Source: the human T2T-CHM13v2.0 reference genome, Homo sapiens. Taken from it: 64,000 bases of DNA. Positions within the stretch are counted from its first letter, which is position 1. Each line of letters opens with the position of its first letter. The notes beneath the pieces were generated by a model, which worked only from the letters and a program-made list of their open reading frames with translations, searched no databases and was not told the origin of the DNA. Positions 28,422 to 41,944 of this stretch are shown piece after piece. Made by a program: the position numbers and the translations under genes. Location of the stretch: the NCBI RefSeq assembly GCF_009914755.1, contig NC_060927.1; one strand, 5' to 3'.

Positions 28422-28635
28422 GCTGGTGGCAAGCTTTATCTGCAAAAGGCCAGATAGTATTTTCAGTTTTATAGGTCATGTGGTCCCTGTTGAAATGACT
28501 CAACTCTGCTGATATAGTGCAAGAGAAGTCATTGACAATAGGCAAACAGCTGGGTATGGCTGTGTTTCAATAAAATTGTATACAAAAACAAGAGGCAAGT
28601 TGGATTTGGACTTCAGGCTGTAGTTTGTTCTAGGC
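28422..28635. mobile_element. MER58A-like hAT MITE
   Basis: GGCAAGCTTT...AAAGGCCAGATAGTA...CTCAACTCTGC...GGCTGTGTTTCAATAAAA...TGGATTTGG...TAGTTTG. Confidence 0.85.
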
Positions 28636-31600
28636 AAAAAGGACAGGCACTCATTGCCTAATTGCAGCTGGACTAATGATTCCAACAAAACTATTGACAG
28701 CCCACTGTTTCTGCTTAGTACATCATTGATTTATAAGCTCTTCACTTTTATACGAGAAAGCTATTTTTCTAGGAGCAGAGTTGCAGATGTTGGAAAGAGG
28801 GAGACAGAAAACACCCACCTAGGTAATGAGATTGACAAAATTAATGTCAGGTTAAGATGTCATGGATATCTTCCTTTCATATTAATTTTCAGCTTTGCTT
28901 TGAAGAGCCTTTTCATAGATACCGAGGGTTATAGAGGTAAACATAGTTCTTTATACTACTGATGATGGAGGAGATGAATAGGAGATAGGGGTAGAAAGAA
29001 AAAGAGAAAATGATGAAAAGGAAGAAAAAGAGGAGAAAATGGAAAAGTAAAAGCAGAAGGGTCCAATTTATTATTCAGGGGGATGATTTTAAGCTGTATT
29101 ATTTTTATCACTTTAATCTCTAATACATTATTGACTATAATGAGAGAATGTTTTAGATGAGAAGGTCTTATAATTTCTTCCCCTGAAATTAAACTGATTC
29201 CTTACCAGAAGAGACTCGTATTAATACTAGGGTTGATTTGGGGTTTGGCCTTCACAGAGTTTATTGTGTTTTGTAAAGCACTCTAGACAGTTGTTCCCTA
29301 GGGATGCTATGTAAATTCCATGATAGATTGATTGATGGATGGATTGATCTGGGGGCTGTCCTACTGTTTTTAAAACATTTTAAACTGCCAGCAGAGGTTC
29401 TGACCCACTGTGCAGAAATAAGGAGGCAGCTACCAATTTCTATTTTTAAATGACAGCCCAATGCAAGCCTATTGTTTTAAGCTACTGTGTTCCCATGGGG
29501 ATTGGATGAGAATTGATGGCCAAACAACTGGTAAGAGTCAACTCTATTTACCTGTGTGGGAGTTACAAGGGAGCACACCTTTGCAGTTCATCTCCAAAGA
29601 AATGGCATGCAATCAGCCTGTTACCAAATTCATTTGACATAATATATTCCACAGCAAGGTGTTTATTAATAGAACAACAAAAGGGGCATTTTGTTCTTGC
29701 TGTTGGCCACAATACCAGTGCAAATTCCTATCCCTTAACCATTATGTCCTCGTGTTAAAGGCAGTGTGGCTACAACTTACAGAATATTTGTTCCTTTTAA
29801 GGCAATGGCTCAGACTGTCTTAGCAATTCTCAGCAAGTAGTCTCCAATTAGGTATAAATTCTATCTCCAAATTAATGATTATTTGGCAATACATTAATAA
29901 ACCAGCAACCACCCCTGCACACTATAAAATAAGCTGGATGAAATGAAATAATAAAATGTATTGAATGGGCATTTATATTTGAGGCTGTCCAACACGCATG
30001 ACTCCTTTTGGAGAATTACAACCCTCCTCTAACATATCTCCATTGTAGTCTTCTTGAGGGGGAGCCCTTCAAGAGCCCCTGCCCTCCTTTTGCCAAAAGG
30101 CAACCTAAGGTAGTCCAAAGGAAATTTCTTTTCTGGTATTTAAATCTGTGGGAAGTTGCACAAAGACGAACAATCCATGGAAGTTCCTTCATTGCAGAGC
30201 TCAAGCTTTGAAATGTTATCAAAGCATTCTTGGGGTCATTCTTGTGGTCACCCTGGCTCCTGTCCTCACCTAAGGTTTCTAGCTTTCCTTGGATTCTGCA
30301 AGCTGTGCCTCATACTTCAAGTACATTCCTTCTCTGCCCAGGTTTGCCAGAACCAGTTTCTTTTGCTTGCAAACAAAGGACACTAATTGAGTCAATGAGG
30401 GAGTAAGAACTTAAAGGAAAACAACAAATAAAGTTTAGACCCCTCAATTCTTTCTTTGCATGCCAGAAAGGTTCATAAGGACAACATTACAGTGACCTTT
30501 TTAAGTGTAAAAAGAAAAATGAAAATGTTATAGCCTAAAAAATGTTTAGGAATCAAAAATCTTTTAAAAAATGAACAATTGTTCTTCTAATAATCAAAGT
30601 ACACTTATATACATTGCATGTGGTCATGTGTTTGGCCATTTGCAAGAAATTCCCATTTGCTTTAAAATAGAGTGCAACAACTGTAAAATCCACAAAAGAT
30701 CAGGATTGATATGGTTCTATGGTTCTGTTTTACAGGGGAGTTAGACAGGAAGTTGAGTGACTTTCCTTCAAAAGAAATCTTCAGTGGATGTGGGAAGAGA
30801 AATTAGGTTTCCTAACTTCATTTTCAGGCATCTTCCTTAAAATACTTGACTTCTGAGATTAAGTCAGTTGTGAGTGATTTATTATCAATTTTGTGTGTGA
30901 TTGCTTTGCTTAACTGTAACATTTTACTTCCAAGTTCCCATCTAATTTTGTGTTTCTTCAAACTATTATTTCAACTACCTGGAGTATGTACCTTTTCTTT
31001 AGTTTTTTTTTGTTCAGTATGATTTAATGTAGGCAAATGAATTTTCTAAAAATATCTCTCTGGTTCAATAGTTTCTACATTGAATATGGTAATGTGACTC
31101 TTAATGAAAGCATTTCTCTCTCTCATTCTAGTGAATCCTTATCTCTGTTTAAAAATGATTAAATAACTGAATCATGATGCCTTCTCTTTAGGTGAAAATG
31201 AGCTCTGCATTCGTAATTTAAATACATGGGCCTGGAAATGTACTTCTCTGCTTTCTGCGCACTGCATTCTATGAAGAGTAATTATATGCTTTCACTGTTC
31301 AACAGCAATGAACTTGTAATGCATAATACTCTAATCAATGCCTTATGCTTATATGCAGCCAGACTATCACTCCCTTTAATTTTCAGTACACTGACTTCTC
31401 AGAGGAGCATAAAAGAGTGAAAGCCTGTTTTCTTTCTTAACTATAATTGTGTGTTTACCTTTAACCCTAGGATTTGATCATAACAAAGGTTGAATTGCTC
31501 ATTGTCCATCAATGGAGCTTTGTGTTCATGGATAAGAAGCCTAATTGAGGGTATATTTGGCCACCTGAACTCACAAAGATTAAGCAATTTAGAATGAAAA

Positions 31601-31719
31601 GCAGCCACAGTGGTACTTTATGGGGGCAATTATCCTTGTAGCAGTTTAGATTTTCTGAACCAGAAACCCAATTTTAACACAATCTTCGTCTAACACATTT
31701 TTAAAGAGAGCCAAAGAAG

Positions 31720-31885
31720 ACAGGAAGCATTCTTGTATAGTGGAATAAACACGTAGCAAAACATTACAAGAGCTGAATTCTAGTTCTGCCACTAACTGGT
31801 CGGTGATCTCAGGCAATTTTTTTAATCATTTTGGGCCTAAAATTTATCTGTAAAGTCTGATAAAATAAGTACCATACAGTCTAAA
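31720..31885 (+). mobile_element. MIR SINE fragment
   Basis: AATTCTAGTTCTGCCACTAACTGG...GATCTCAGGCAA...TTATCTGTAAAG. Confidence 0.6.
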
Positions 31886-32019
31886 AAATTTTAGTGGACT
31901 CCTATATAATAAATTATATAGTTATAAAATCTTAGGGCATTATAAAGCATTGAAAAAATATAAGGCATTCTTATTAAGAACTAGGCTGTCATGGGACCAG
32001 AAACTAGTCTAATCTATCC

Positions 32020-32546
32020 CTGGAGTCTGACATGGATGTCACTTCCTACCCCATTCACCCTGTAGAAGACATTCTTCCTCATCCCACTGAGCATCAGCCA
32101 CACCATTTGGGTGGGATTGACCAGTTTCCAAGTTGTAATAAAACAATCAGCACAAGCTCATCTCTCTTGCCGTATTAGTTCAGGGATGAATACCCAAGCA
32201 CGAGGTACTCTTGAGTAATAGTGATTAGTTCAGGAGTGAGCCCAGGATTTAACTGATCCAATGAGAGTGGAGCACAAAACTTCTTGTATAAGGGAGAAAG
32301 GAAGAGAATAGCACTTCTGCTCTAGAGGATGTGTTGTGCAGATGTGCTAGCTGTTGTGCTACCATAGGAGAAATCAGCCAGAGAAGGGCAAAAGTTAGAG
32401 TTGCAGGGAAGTAGACTGCAAGCCCTCATTCAACTATTTCTAAAGCCTGTCCTACCTCTGGACTATTTCAATCATGGGAGCCAAAAACTTTCTTTTATTG
32501 TTTGAACTGAGCTTTTTGATGTTTCAAGTAAAATCACCCTGAATTA
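32020..32546 (+). mobile_element. Old MLT1 (J/K-like) LTR
   Basis: GTGATTAGTTCAGG, CTACCTCTGGACTATTTC...ATGGGAGCCAAAAAC MLT1-type motifs. Confidence 0.6.
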
Positions 32547-32548
32547 TA

Positions 32549-34078
32549 TAAGGGGTCTTTGAAAAATACATGGAAATTGTGTATCATAAAAAAACTATTC
32601 ATGGACGTCAACATTTTCTTTGCACCAAATAAACTCATACTGACTTGTAACATGTCTGAAATAGGATCTAGTTTGAGGCACTAAAAAAGGCTAAGACATC
32701 AGTTTGAAAAGAGCCCCTATTAGAGCAACATGAATTCTACTAAAATTGAAGCAAGAACGAACATCAAATTAATGGTGAAGCTTGGGTGGAAGAATGGCAA
32801 AATCACTGATGCTTTACCAAAAGTTTAGGGGGACAATGCCCCAAAGACATCAGCAGTTTACAAATGAATAACTCATTTTAAGAAAGGATGGACAATGTTG
32901 AGGATGAAGCCCACAGCAGCAGACCATCCACATCAATTTGCAAGGAAATGTTAATCTTGTTCATGCCCTAATTGAAGAGGACTGACAAATAACAGCACAA
33001 ACAATAGCCAACACCAAAGACATCTCAAATGGTTCAGCTTACACAATTCTGCCTGAAAAATTAAAACTGAGTAAACTTTCCACCTCATGTGTAAAATGCA
33101 CAAAAACATCATGCCCAGATCACCTGCAATGAGAGCAGAGCTTTTGATGGAAATTTTAAACAAGTCGGATCATGATCCTGAAGCGTTTAATAAAATAAAT
33201 CATAATAGGAAATGAAACATGGCTTTAGCAGGACAATCCTGAAGACAAAGCACAATCAAAGCAATGGCTACCAAGGGGTAGAAGTGGTCCAGTCAAAGCA
33301 AAAGTGAGCTGGTCAAGAGAAAAGTCTACGGCAATAGTTTTTTTTGTTGTTGTTGTTATGCTCAAGGCATTTTGTTTGCTGACTTTCTGAAGGGTCAAAG
33401 AATGATAACATCTGCTTATTAAGAGAGTGTTTTGAGAAAGTTAGCCAAAGCTTTAACAGAAAAATGCCCAGAAAAGCTTCACCAGAGAGTCTTTTACCAG
33501 GACAATTCTCCTGCTCATTTCTTTCATTAAACAAGGGCAATTTTGTGAGAGTTTTGATGGGAACTCATTAGGGATCCACTTTACAATCCTGATTTTGCTC
33601 CTTCTGACTTCCTTTTGTTCTTAATATTTAAAAAAAATCTTTAAAGAGCACCCATATTTCTTCAGTTAATAATGTAAAAAAATACTGCATTGACATAGTT
33701 ACATTCCCACGACCTCATTTCTTTAGGGAGGAACTCAATTACAAAAGTACGTTGAACCTGATAGAGCTTATGTTGAGAAATAAAGTTTATATACATTTTT
33801 AATCTTATTTTTGAGACAGAGTCTTGCTTTGTTGTCCAGGATGTAGTGCACTGGTGCAATCTTGACTCAGTGCAACCTTTGCCTCCTAGATTCAGGTGAT
33901 CCTCCCACCTCAGCCTCCTGAGTAGCTGGGACTACGGACATATCCCACCACACCCAGCTAATTTTTGCTTTTTTCTTTTTTTTTGTAGAGACATGGTTTG
34001 CCATGTTTCCTAGGCTGGTCTTGAAGTCCAACCTGGAGTTTAATTTATTTCTTCTGTGAACTTTTTGAAGTCCCTTCA
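32549..34078 (+). mobile_element. HSMAR2 mariner DNA transposon, near full length, transposase inactivated
   Basis: Both TIRs present (AGGGGTCTTTGAAAAATACATGGAAA ... TGTGAACTTTTTGAAGTCCCTT). ATG at 32730 gives MNSTKIEARTNIKLMVKLGWKNGKITDALPKV*. Later frames give GNETWL*QDNPEDKAQSKQWLP, QDNSPAH and YNPDFAPSDF. Confidence 0.96.
33806..34025 (-). mobile_element. 5'-truncated AluJ-type element inserted into the HSMAR2 3' end
   Basis: Right arm, linker and part of the left arm lie between the HSMAR2 AATAAA and its right TIR. Confidence 0.9.
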
Positions 34079-35271
34079 AACATAGCCTCACGAACATAAT
34101 ATGGAGTAAGGAATGTAGTGACAGGTAAGACTCCATCAAAGAAATACAAATAAGTCAAAGAAAGAAAACAACTTGAGAAGAGAGGAGACAGATATTCCCT
34201 TATCTTCCTCTCTCCTTTCCTTTTGCCAGGATTGATGGTTGAATTTCCTGGGATAAATAGTGTAGAGATGAATGAAGAGAAAATTACATCTTGGATCAAT
34301 TAAGGTAATTCTTCAAATATTGAAGACTTAACACATGCTAATTTAGAATGCAATTTTCTGTGGGAGAGACGGGTGTGGAAAAGTCTGTTCCTGGCAGTCA
34401 TGCAAGAACACAGGTTGATGGAATCATTGCATTTTGCATGTGTAGCTTCCAAGATCACACCAGGTTGTTGATATCTAGCCATTAGATATGGGAAGATAAA
34501 GAAAAGGACATCAAACTTATCTTCTATTAGATAGAATTCAATTGCATGGTCAAACCTAATTGTAGAAGAAGCTGAAAAAGTACTTGAGCTGTGTGCTCAG
34601 AAGGAGAGAGTCAACTGATGTGGTGAACAATGATCGGTTCTCTTCCTCATACCTGTAGTGCCATGGTTTGGGCTTGTGGGTTTTGGTCAGAAATAGCTTA
34701 TGCTATAAATGTAAATGTGCATCAGAGCCAGGCAGATAATATAGAGTCATAAAACCAGCAAGCCAGAAGATAATAAAGAATGGCAGAGATTTGGTCAAAC
34801 CAAAGAGCCCATTTTAAGTAAAAGAGAGAGTCACTGATCACTCAACCAATTACTTTCACACAGGATTCTGAATTGTGTTTCCAAGTCTTCTTATTTCTCA
34901 AGAACAATTAGACATCTAGATCTCATGTAGATCTTTTGTTTCTGAGATGTTGAAAAATATTTCACTTTTTAAGCACCAAGAAAATAAAAACAGACCCGTT
35001 TCTGCTACCCAGCTTCATTTGCTGGTCACCAGCTTGTAACATACATGGTAGATCTATTACTCTACTAGTAATTTTTTGAGCACATGGTACCAGTACAAAT
35101 GCATTATATTTATTAAAATTATATAAATATATTATTAGTAAATGTTAATTTTTAATCAATCAAATACTAAATGTTAACTTTTAATAATTTAGATATAAAA
35201 TTAAGGTGACCTTTTCAACATTTCCTCCTCACACTCTAGGGGATCATAATATATGTGAATAATTATTATTT

Positions 35272-35503
35272 TGATCCACCTGCGAGTTTTGACCTGCTCC
35301 ATTTCCACCCAGGGTGAGTTCACACCCTCTTAAGCAATCTAGTGGTCCCTGGCTCCCAGGAGGTCATCATATTGATGCAGAATTTAGTGTAGAATTCCAG
35401 TCAGCATAGCACACTATAATTCAGAACTCCTTGGCTCAAGCTATCCTCCCTCCTTAGCCTCCTGAGTAGCTGGGACTACAGTCACACACCACCGTGCCTG
35501 GCC
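35272..35503 (-). pseudogene. 7SL (SRP) RNA retropseudogene, 3'-truncated and tailless (RN7SL-family pseudogene)
   Basis: Minus strand reads the Alu-domain 5' end, then S-domain sequence absent from Alus (GCATCAATATGATGACCTCCTGGGAG...GGGACCAC...GGAAATGGAGCAGGTCAAAACTC), ending at GATCA; flanked by ATAATTATTATTTTGA / ATAATTATTACTTTGA. Confidence 0.95.
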
Positions 35504-35711
35504 ATAATTATTACTTTGAGGCAATACTTCTATTGGTCCATTATTCTTTTGACTTTTAAATTTTTCTCTAGCAATTTCTGTTTTTCCAAAACTGTGTTTT
35601 GTATATCCAGCCATATAAAATTAGATATGCAATTAAGTTAGTCTAAAGTGATTAGACCTCCTATGTTGTCCATTAATAGTTTTTCTGCTAGTAATTTCAG
35701 GCAAACTATGA

Positions 35712-36025
<314 letters not shown>

Positions 36026-36865
36026 GACAGTCTCGTAGTATTGTCTGGGGCCCATTTCTTCTCTATATGGAATAGCTAGGGTTCAATCCCAAGTTTTGAA
36101 ATGACAAATACTCTAAGAATTTTTTCTTATTTCTTTTCTTTTTTACCTCAAAAGCTACATACGTACTTTTATTATTTATAGAAAACCATTTCTGACTGTG
36201 AAAATAGTATGAATTCCTGTGATGGTAGGTTTTATAAACTGAAGAACTATAGAAATATATGTCCAAAGAAGAATCTTCATAAAATATACTCAGTAAATAA
36301 ATATCGTATAATACCCATTCAAACATAATATTCAGGTCTGGATAGATATTTGTTAATATATTTTATATATAACCTAAAAAATTTTACATATTTTTCACAA
36401 TTATTTAATGAGTATTTTTCATTGGGTAGATTCTTTTCTTAGTTTCCTGAGTTCAGTATAATCTAGAATTATTTAAGAGAACCAAATGCTCAGCAACAGG
36501 CAGAGGCTGTAATTAAGTGTAATCCCTTGGGCCATCATAGGCTAGATTGTAAAAAGAAGTTTAAGAGGAAATGTCTAAGAAAATGCTTTCATGTCAACTA
36601 GTCTTTGAATTAAAGAGCTTACAGAAATGCATGCATGTGCTCAGGTTAAAAACAAGTCTAGGTGTTTTCAGGTCATGGAGATCAATGTAAACATTGAATA
36701 ATACAGACCCACTACCAACAATTGCTCGAAGCACTAAAGCACCAATACAGACGCAGTGCTAACAAAGCTCAAAGCATGGCTTCTATTTCACTGTGTTTTT
36801 TTTTTTTTCTTTTCATTTCACTTTTACCTGGCCAAGGAGATGTCCTTAAACCTTAAGGTTGTGCC

Positions 36866-37626
36866 TGTTTTGATTTTTATTTTTATAACAGCTTTATGGG
36901 GGTATAATTCATATACCATACAATTGATCTATTTTAAGTGTGTAATTCAGTGGTTTTTAGCATATTCAGAGTTGTGTGACCATCACAATTTTAGAACATT
37001 TTTATCATCCAGAAAAGAAGCCCCCTCCATAATTAGCAATCACTGTGCATTTCTCTTCAACCCCCTCCCCTCAGCCCTAAGCAACCAATAACCCACTTGA
37101 TGTCTCTATAGATTTGCCTATTCTGTGGATTTCATACAAGTCACATCATACAATATGTGGTCTTTTATGACGGGCTTCTTTCACTTATTATAATGTTTTC
37201 AAGTTTCGTCCATATTGTGGCATGTATCAGTACTTCATTCATCATTATTGCTGAATAATTTTCCATTGCGTGGCTATACCACATTATATGTATCTATTAA
37301 TCAGTTAATGGACATTTGAGTGGTTTCTACCATTTGAGTATTATGAATAATGATGCTATGAACACTTGTGTGCAAGTTTTAATGTAAACATATGTTTTAA
37401 GTTCTCCTGGGCATATACTTAGGAGTGGAATGGCTGGTCACATAATAACTATGTGCAATCTTTGAGAAACTGCTGGACTGACTTCCTACACTATTTGATA
37501 TTCCTACCAGCAATGTGTGAGTATTCCCGTTTCTTCACACTTGTCATTGTCTTTTAGATTACAGCCACCCTAGCGAGTGAGAAGTGGTATCCCATTGTGG
37601 TTTTGATCTTTATTTCACTAATGACT
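36866..37626 (-). mobile_element. L1MB-type 3' end
   Basis: ACAGCTTTAT...TATAATTCATATACCATACAATT...GGACATTTGAG...GAAGTGGTATCCCATTGTGGTTTTGAT. Confidence 0.9.
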
Positions 37627-37944
37627 AGATAATTGATTTTAAGGTTTTATATCTGATCCCTAAAAAGTAGGAAAAATTAAATACTTTTATTATTTTATAA
37701 AGTCCACAAACTTTATAGGCAGATTTGGGTTAGCAATATGAACCAGAAAAAAAGAGATGAACCCAAGGGAACACATTATTCTATTTCATTGGACTCAAAG
37801 ATCAAATTTCTTAATATAATGGCATATTTATTCTATATGTTTTTAATGTGTAAGAGAAATTGGCAGTAGTTACTCTTTTGACTGTACTCTTGATAAGAAT
37901 AGAAGGACACTCTTAAAATACATAACTCTAAGATACAAAAACAA

Positions 37945-39660
37945 AAAGCGGTAGACCAATTAGAAAGCTATAGCAGGAGTCTGGGCAAGAGAAGATGGTG
38001 GCTTGGATCAGGTGGTAGCAGGAAGGAGAGTTTTTATAAGCATTCAGCACATACTTTATGAATTGTACACCCTATAGAAAGATGAACTGGAGGGAGGGAA
38101 CTTGAAGAATGTGCAGAATGTCAACAGGTAGAGAGAGTGCGAGAAAAAGAAAAAAAAGCAGAGCAGTAGACTTTTCTTGGAAGAATAAAGGGCATATAGA
38201 AGGAAAGAGGAAGCAGCTGATTTATAATCAAGCAGTAGCTCTCAAAGTACAGTTCCCTCAGCAGTAGCATCAACAACATCTGGGAACTTCCTGGAAATCC
38301 AGGTTCTCAAGCCTCATCCAGATCTACAGAATCAGAAACTCGGTGGGGATTAGAAAGGAGGAGAAATCTGTGCAGAAGCCCTCAGATGATTCTGATACAT
38401 GCCAATTTTGGGAACTGCCTTTTAGCATGTAGACTGGGAACATTAATAGGTAGGGCTCCAAAGGTAAGTGGGTACCAGTGGGAATGAGGCTCTCTAGTAA
38501 ATTTGGTAGCTCATAGAAAAGTCATGAGAGTTTTATGAGCAGGAAGGTGCTTGATTAAAGTGGCAATTCAGGAGTTTTAAATTGACAGCAGTGAAAGGAG
38601 AAACTGCCTAGATGGAATTGGAGGCTAGAATGAAAGGAGAGATTATCACAATGATCTAGCTGAGATAATGTCAGATGCATCTGAGAGCCATTATTGAGGG
38701 ACATGGCAAATCATTTGATTCCAGGAAGGAATAAGAAAGAGGAGTTAAATATGTCTTTAATTTTTCTTTCTCAGATTTCATGGAGAGTAGAGATTCCATT
38801 AACAATGTGGAGAAGAGAGAAGTAGAGTGATTGCAGAGCAAGAAAAACAAACCATTGTCTGGGAGTATAAGTCTGGGTTTCACTTGAGTAGGGCCACCTT
38901 CCTATTATGTTATTTTTTGCCTATCAAATGGTAAGCTTCACATGAAAGCAGAGATAGTCACAATCTTGTTTAAGCCGGTCCACGATGTCTAACACATAGA
39001 AGGATCCAATTTCTTAAACTGAGTGAGTGAATGAATGGATGGAATAATCAGTTATTTTCCCAGGCATTCAGGTGTATGTATCTGCTGGGAAGCTTGGAAA
39101 GCTGATTAAGCAGTTGGACAGTGGTTGGAACTGGGGTATCAACCGGGAAGTCACCCACTTGGTGACTTGCTGAAGGAGGCGATGAAGATCTTTGAGTAAT
39201 GAAGTATAGTTGAGGGAAAAAAAAAGCATGTTTAAGAAGTGAAGAGGTGTGCTTTCATAGGGAGAGAGAAGGAGGAGATAATCTGGTGAAGGAAATAGAA
39301 GAGGAGTGGGCAGAAAGAGAAGATGAAAACTAGAATAAAGCTGTGCTAAGGGATGAACAAGACTTTCAAAATGGGAATTGCTCTCAGGCTGGAGATGATT
39401 TAATTAGGATGAGAAATGAAGACAGGCTCCTGAGTTTTGATAATTAGGTATCTCTAGTGATCTTTGGTGACAAGGTTTCAGAAGAAAATGACGTTGCAGG
39501 GGATTAAAGAGGACAAACGTAGTAAAACGAGGAAGGGAATTAATAAGTGATAGGACTAGAAGATGTATCATAGGAGCCTGATGAAAGATGGAGTTTTAAA
39601 GATAAATGAATCCTGAGCCTATTTGCTGGCAGAAAGGAAGAAGCACTCAGTACAGAAGGA
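37945..39660 (-). mobile_element. Extended decayed L2 region with a nested MER5A and an opposite-strand L2 3' end (about 38900-39045)
   Basis: Purine-rich antisense L2 phrases such as GAGAAGATGGTGGCTTGGATCAGGTGGTAGCAG. Confidence 0.65.
38230..38420. mobile_element. MER5A-like hAT MITE
   Basis: CAGTAGCTCTCAAAGT...GCATCAACAACATCTGGGAACTT...GAATCAGAAACTC...GATTCTGATACATGCC...TTTGGGAACTG. Confidence 0.85.
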
Positions 39661-40371
39661 AAATTTATTTAAAGATTCTATTGGCAGCAGTCCTTTGTTG
39701 AGAGTATGTCTGACTGGGATAGGTAACTTCAATTTGGAAACAGTTTGAAACTTCCAACTAAAATGTGACATTTGGAAATAGTTTTTCACAGTCAAAGGTG
39801 TTTAAAGTTACCAGTGTCAAGCCAGATCTACCAAAAACTGAATCTACATTTTAAAATAAGTATAAAGTATTTTATGAACATTAAAAATTTCTTCATCAGA
39901 TGAGTACACCAGGGATAAACACATTTGATTATTTTATGAACTTACTATCTACACCTAAAATTTCTGCCCAATATTGTCTTCAATTTTTCTTGGATGAATT
40001 TGTGATATCTTTGAACTTACCACTTTATCAAGTAAGCAAAACCATACAATATTACAAATAAGACAAAGGCAGTTAACCTGATCATCTCCCTTTACTTTGA
40101 TTCCCCCAATATCTAGTACAATGAATGAATGCATGATGAATTAATGAAATTTTGTAAAATAACCATCATTGATGTCAAGAATTTATAGGTAGAGTTTACA
40201 GTGTAAATATCTAACTATATTTCTGATTTGAGCACAAACCATGAGATAAAGAATAAAAATTTTATTTTCTCCAATTTTAATTAAAATAAAAATTTTAAAG
40301 TAAGCATTTTACAAGTTCTTATAAATGGAAAGTAATTAAATTGTAAGAATGCCTTGGCAAGCCTTAAAGAG

Positions 40372-40700
40372 GAAGGAATGGATGGAGCTTGAAGACATTA
40401 TGCTAATGAAACAAGCAACACAGAATTGGACAAATGCTGTGTGATTCCACTTATATTAGAGACCTAGTCAAATTCATAGAGACAAAAAGTAGAATGGTGG
40501 TAGCCAGGGACTGGGAGGAGGGAAAATGGGGAGTTTTTAAAAGGATATAAAGTTTAGCTTTGCAAGATAAAAAATTCTGTAGATCAGTTGCGCAACAATC
40601 TAAATATACTTAACACTACTGAACAGTACAATTACAAATGATTAAGATGGTAAATTTTGTTCTATGTCTTTTTTTACTACAATTAAAGATAATAAAAATT
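40372..40700 (+). mobile_element. L1MB-type 3' end
   Basis: ATGGATGGAGCTTGAAGACATTATGCTAA...GTCAAATTCATAGAGACA...GTAGAATGGTGG...ACTTAACACTACTGAAC. Confidence 0.9.
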
Positions 40701-41229
40701 GAGTCTGTGAATGTTTTAGTAGATCAACCAAGTTTATCAGTAATATCATAACTACTGTCAACTATATTGTTGCTAGAAAGTTACAGAATTCTTACTCTAT
40801 TCTACGACAAGCTGCTTTACAAATCTGGCTGCAACCTTCAGCTCTGAGTCCCTGCTACAGCAAGAGTAAACAAAGTCTTCCCTTTCCGTCTGGAGCCATT
40901 GGGCTAATTATCTCTAATTGCTTGGACTACTGCAAATTTCGTGCATAAAATATGATTCATTTCTCATTTTTTCTCTTATAAATTTATAATGTTGTTACAA
41001 TGAGTTGTCATGATTTTAAAAAGAATTCCTATTTTATAGATTTTTGTAGTTAAGGAAGGAATTTGTTCTGCCTCTTTTAAGAACACTTTCGTATCACACT
41101 GCCTCCTTTTAAAAGAAGTATGTAATTTCTTATTTCTAAAGTTAAATGAGCTCAGTTCAGAAAAGAAGAAAGTATTATGCATAATGCACCTAATACCGCT
41201 TTTTGTTTATCCTTACTGTTCTTTTATTG

Positions 41230-41870
41230 ATGCATAGATTTTTTAAAAACTCTGTATTCTAGAGCTAACCTGCTTTTTTTCTAGTAAAAATTATTGTGCA
41301 TCCTTATACATAACATTGCATTGAAAATGCTGTTTGCTAAATCACAGCACCCAGCCTTGAAATTTCCTTAGTATATATTCCCATAAGTGAAATTATTGTG
41401 CTAAATAATTTGAATGTTTTCAGAGTTTAACCATAAATTGGCAAATTATCTTGCTCTTTAGAACCTTATTATGAAAGTGCTTATCTTATAGTTTTGCTAA
41501 GACTGTGTACAAGTGCTATTTTCAATATTGTAGAAGTTGATGATCAGCTTATCCATATTGTATCATTGATTTAATGTGATTTACTTGATTACTAGAGAAA
41601 AGGGATAAATTTTAAAAATATAATTTTATGGGTCATTTTATTTCTTCTTTTTATTATCTATTAGTTTTTCTTTACTTATATGTTAAATGCCTTTCTTATT
41701 AAGATGTGAAGAGTTCTTTACATGCTAAAGTTAATCTTTCATCATACATATTTTTGATGTTTTTCTTACTTGTTACTTGCCTTTGAATTTTATTTATGAT
41801 GCTTTGAGGGAACTACAGTAGCTTTAATATTTATAGCATTAAATCTATCAGGGTTTCCTTTTCTAGGGAA
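41230..41870 (-). mobile_element. L1ME fragment
   Basis: TATATTCCCATAAGTGAAATTATTG and a T-rich antisense L1 pattern. Confidence 0.55.
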
Positions 41871-41944
41871 GTCCTTTAAAACAGTTTACACTGACCTTGT
41901 TTCAGACTTTGTCAGTGTTGGGAAAAGATGCATTTTCAGCATAG

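Noticed and set aside
35423-35503. Apparent FLAM/Alu monomer
   Set aside because: The sequence continues into the 7SL-specific S domain, so it is part of a 7SL pseudogene.
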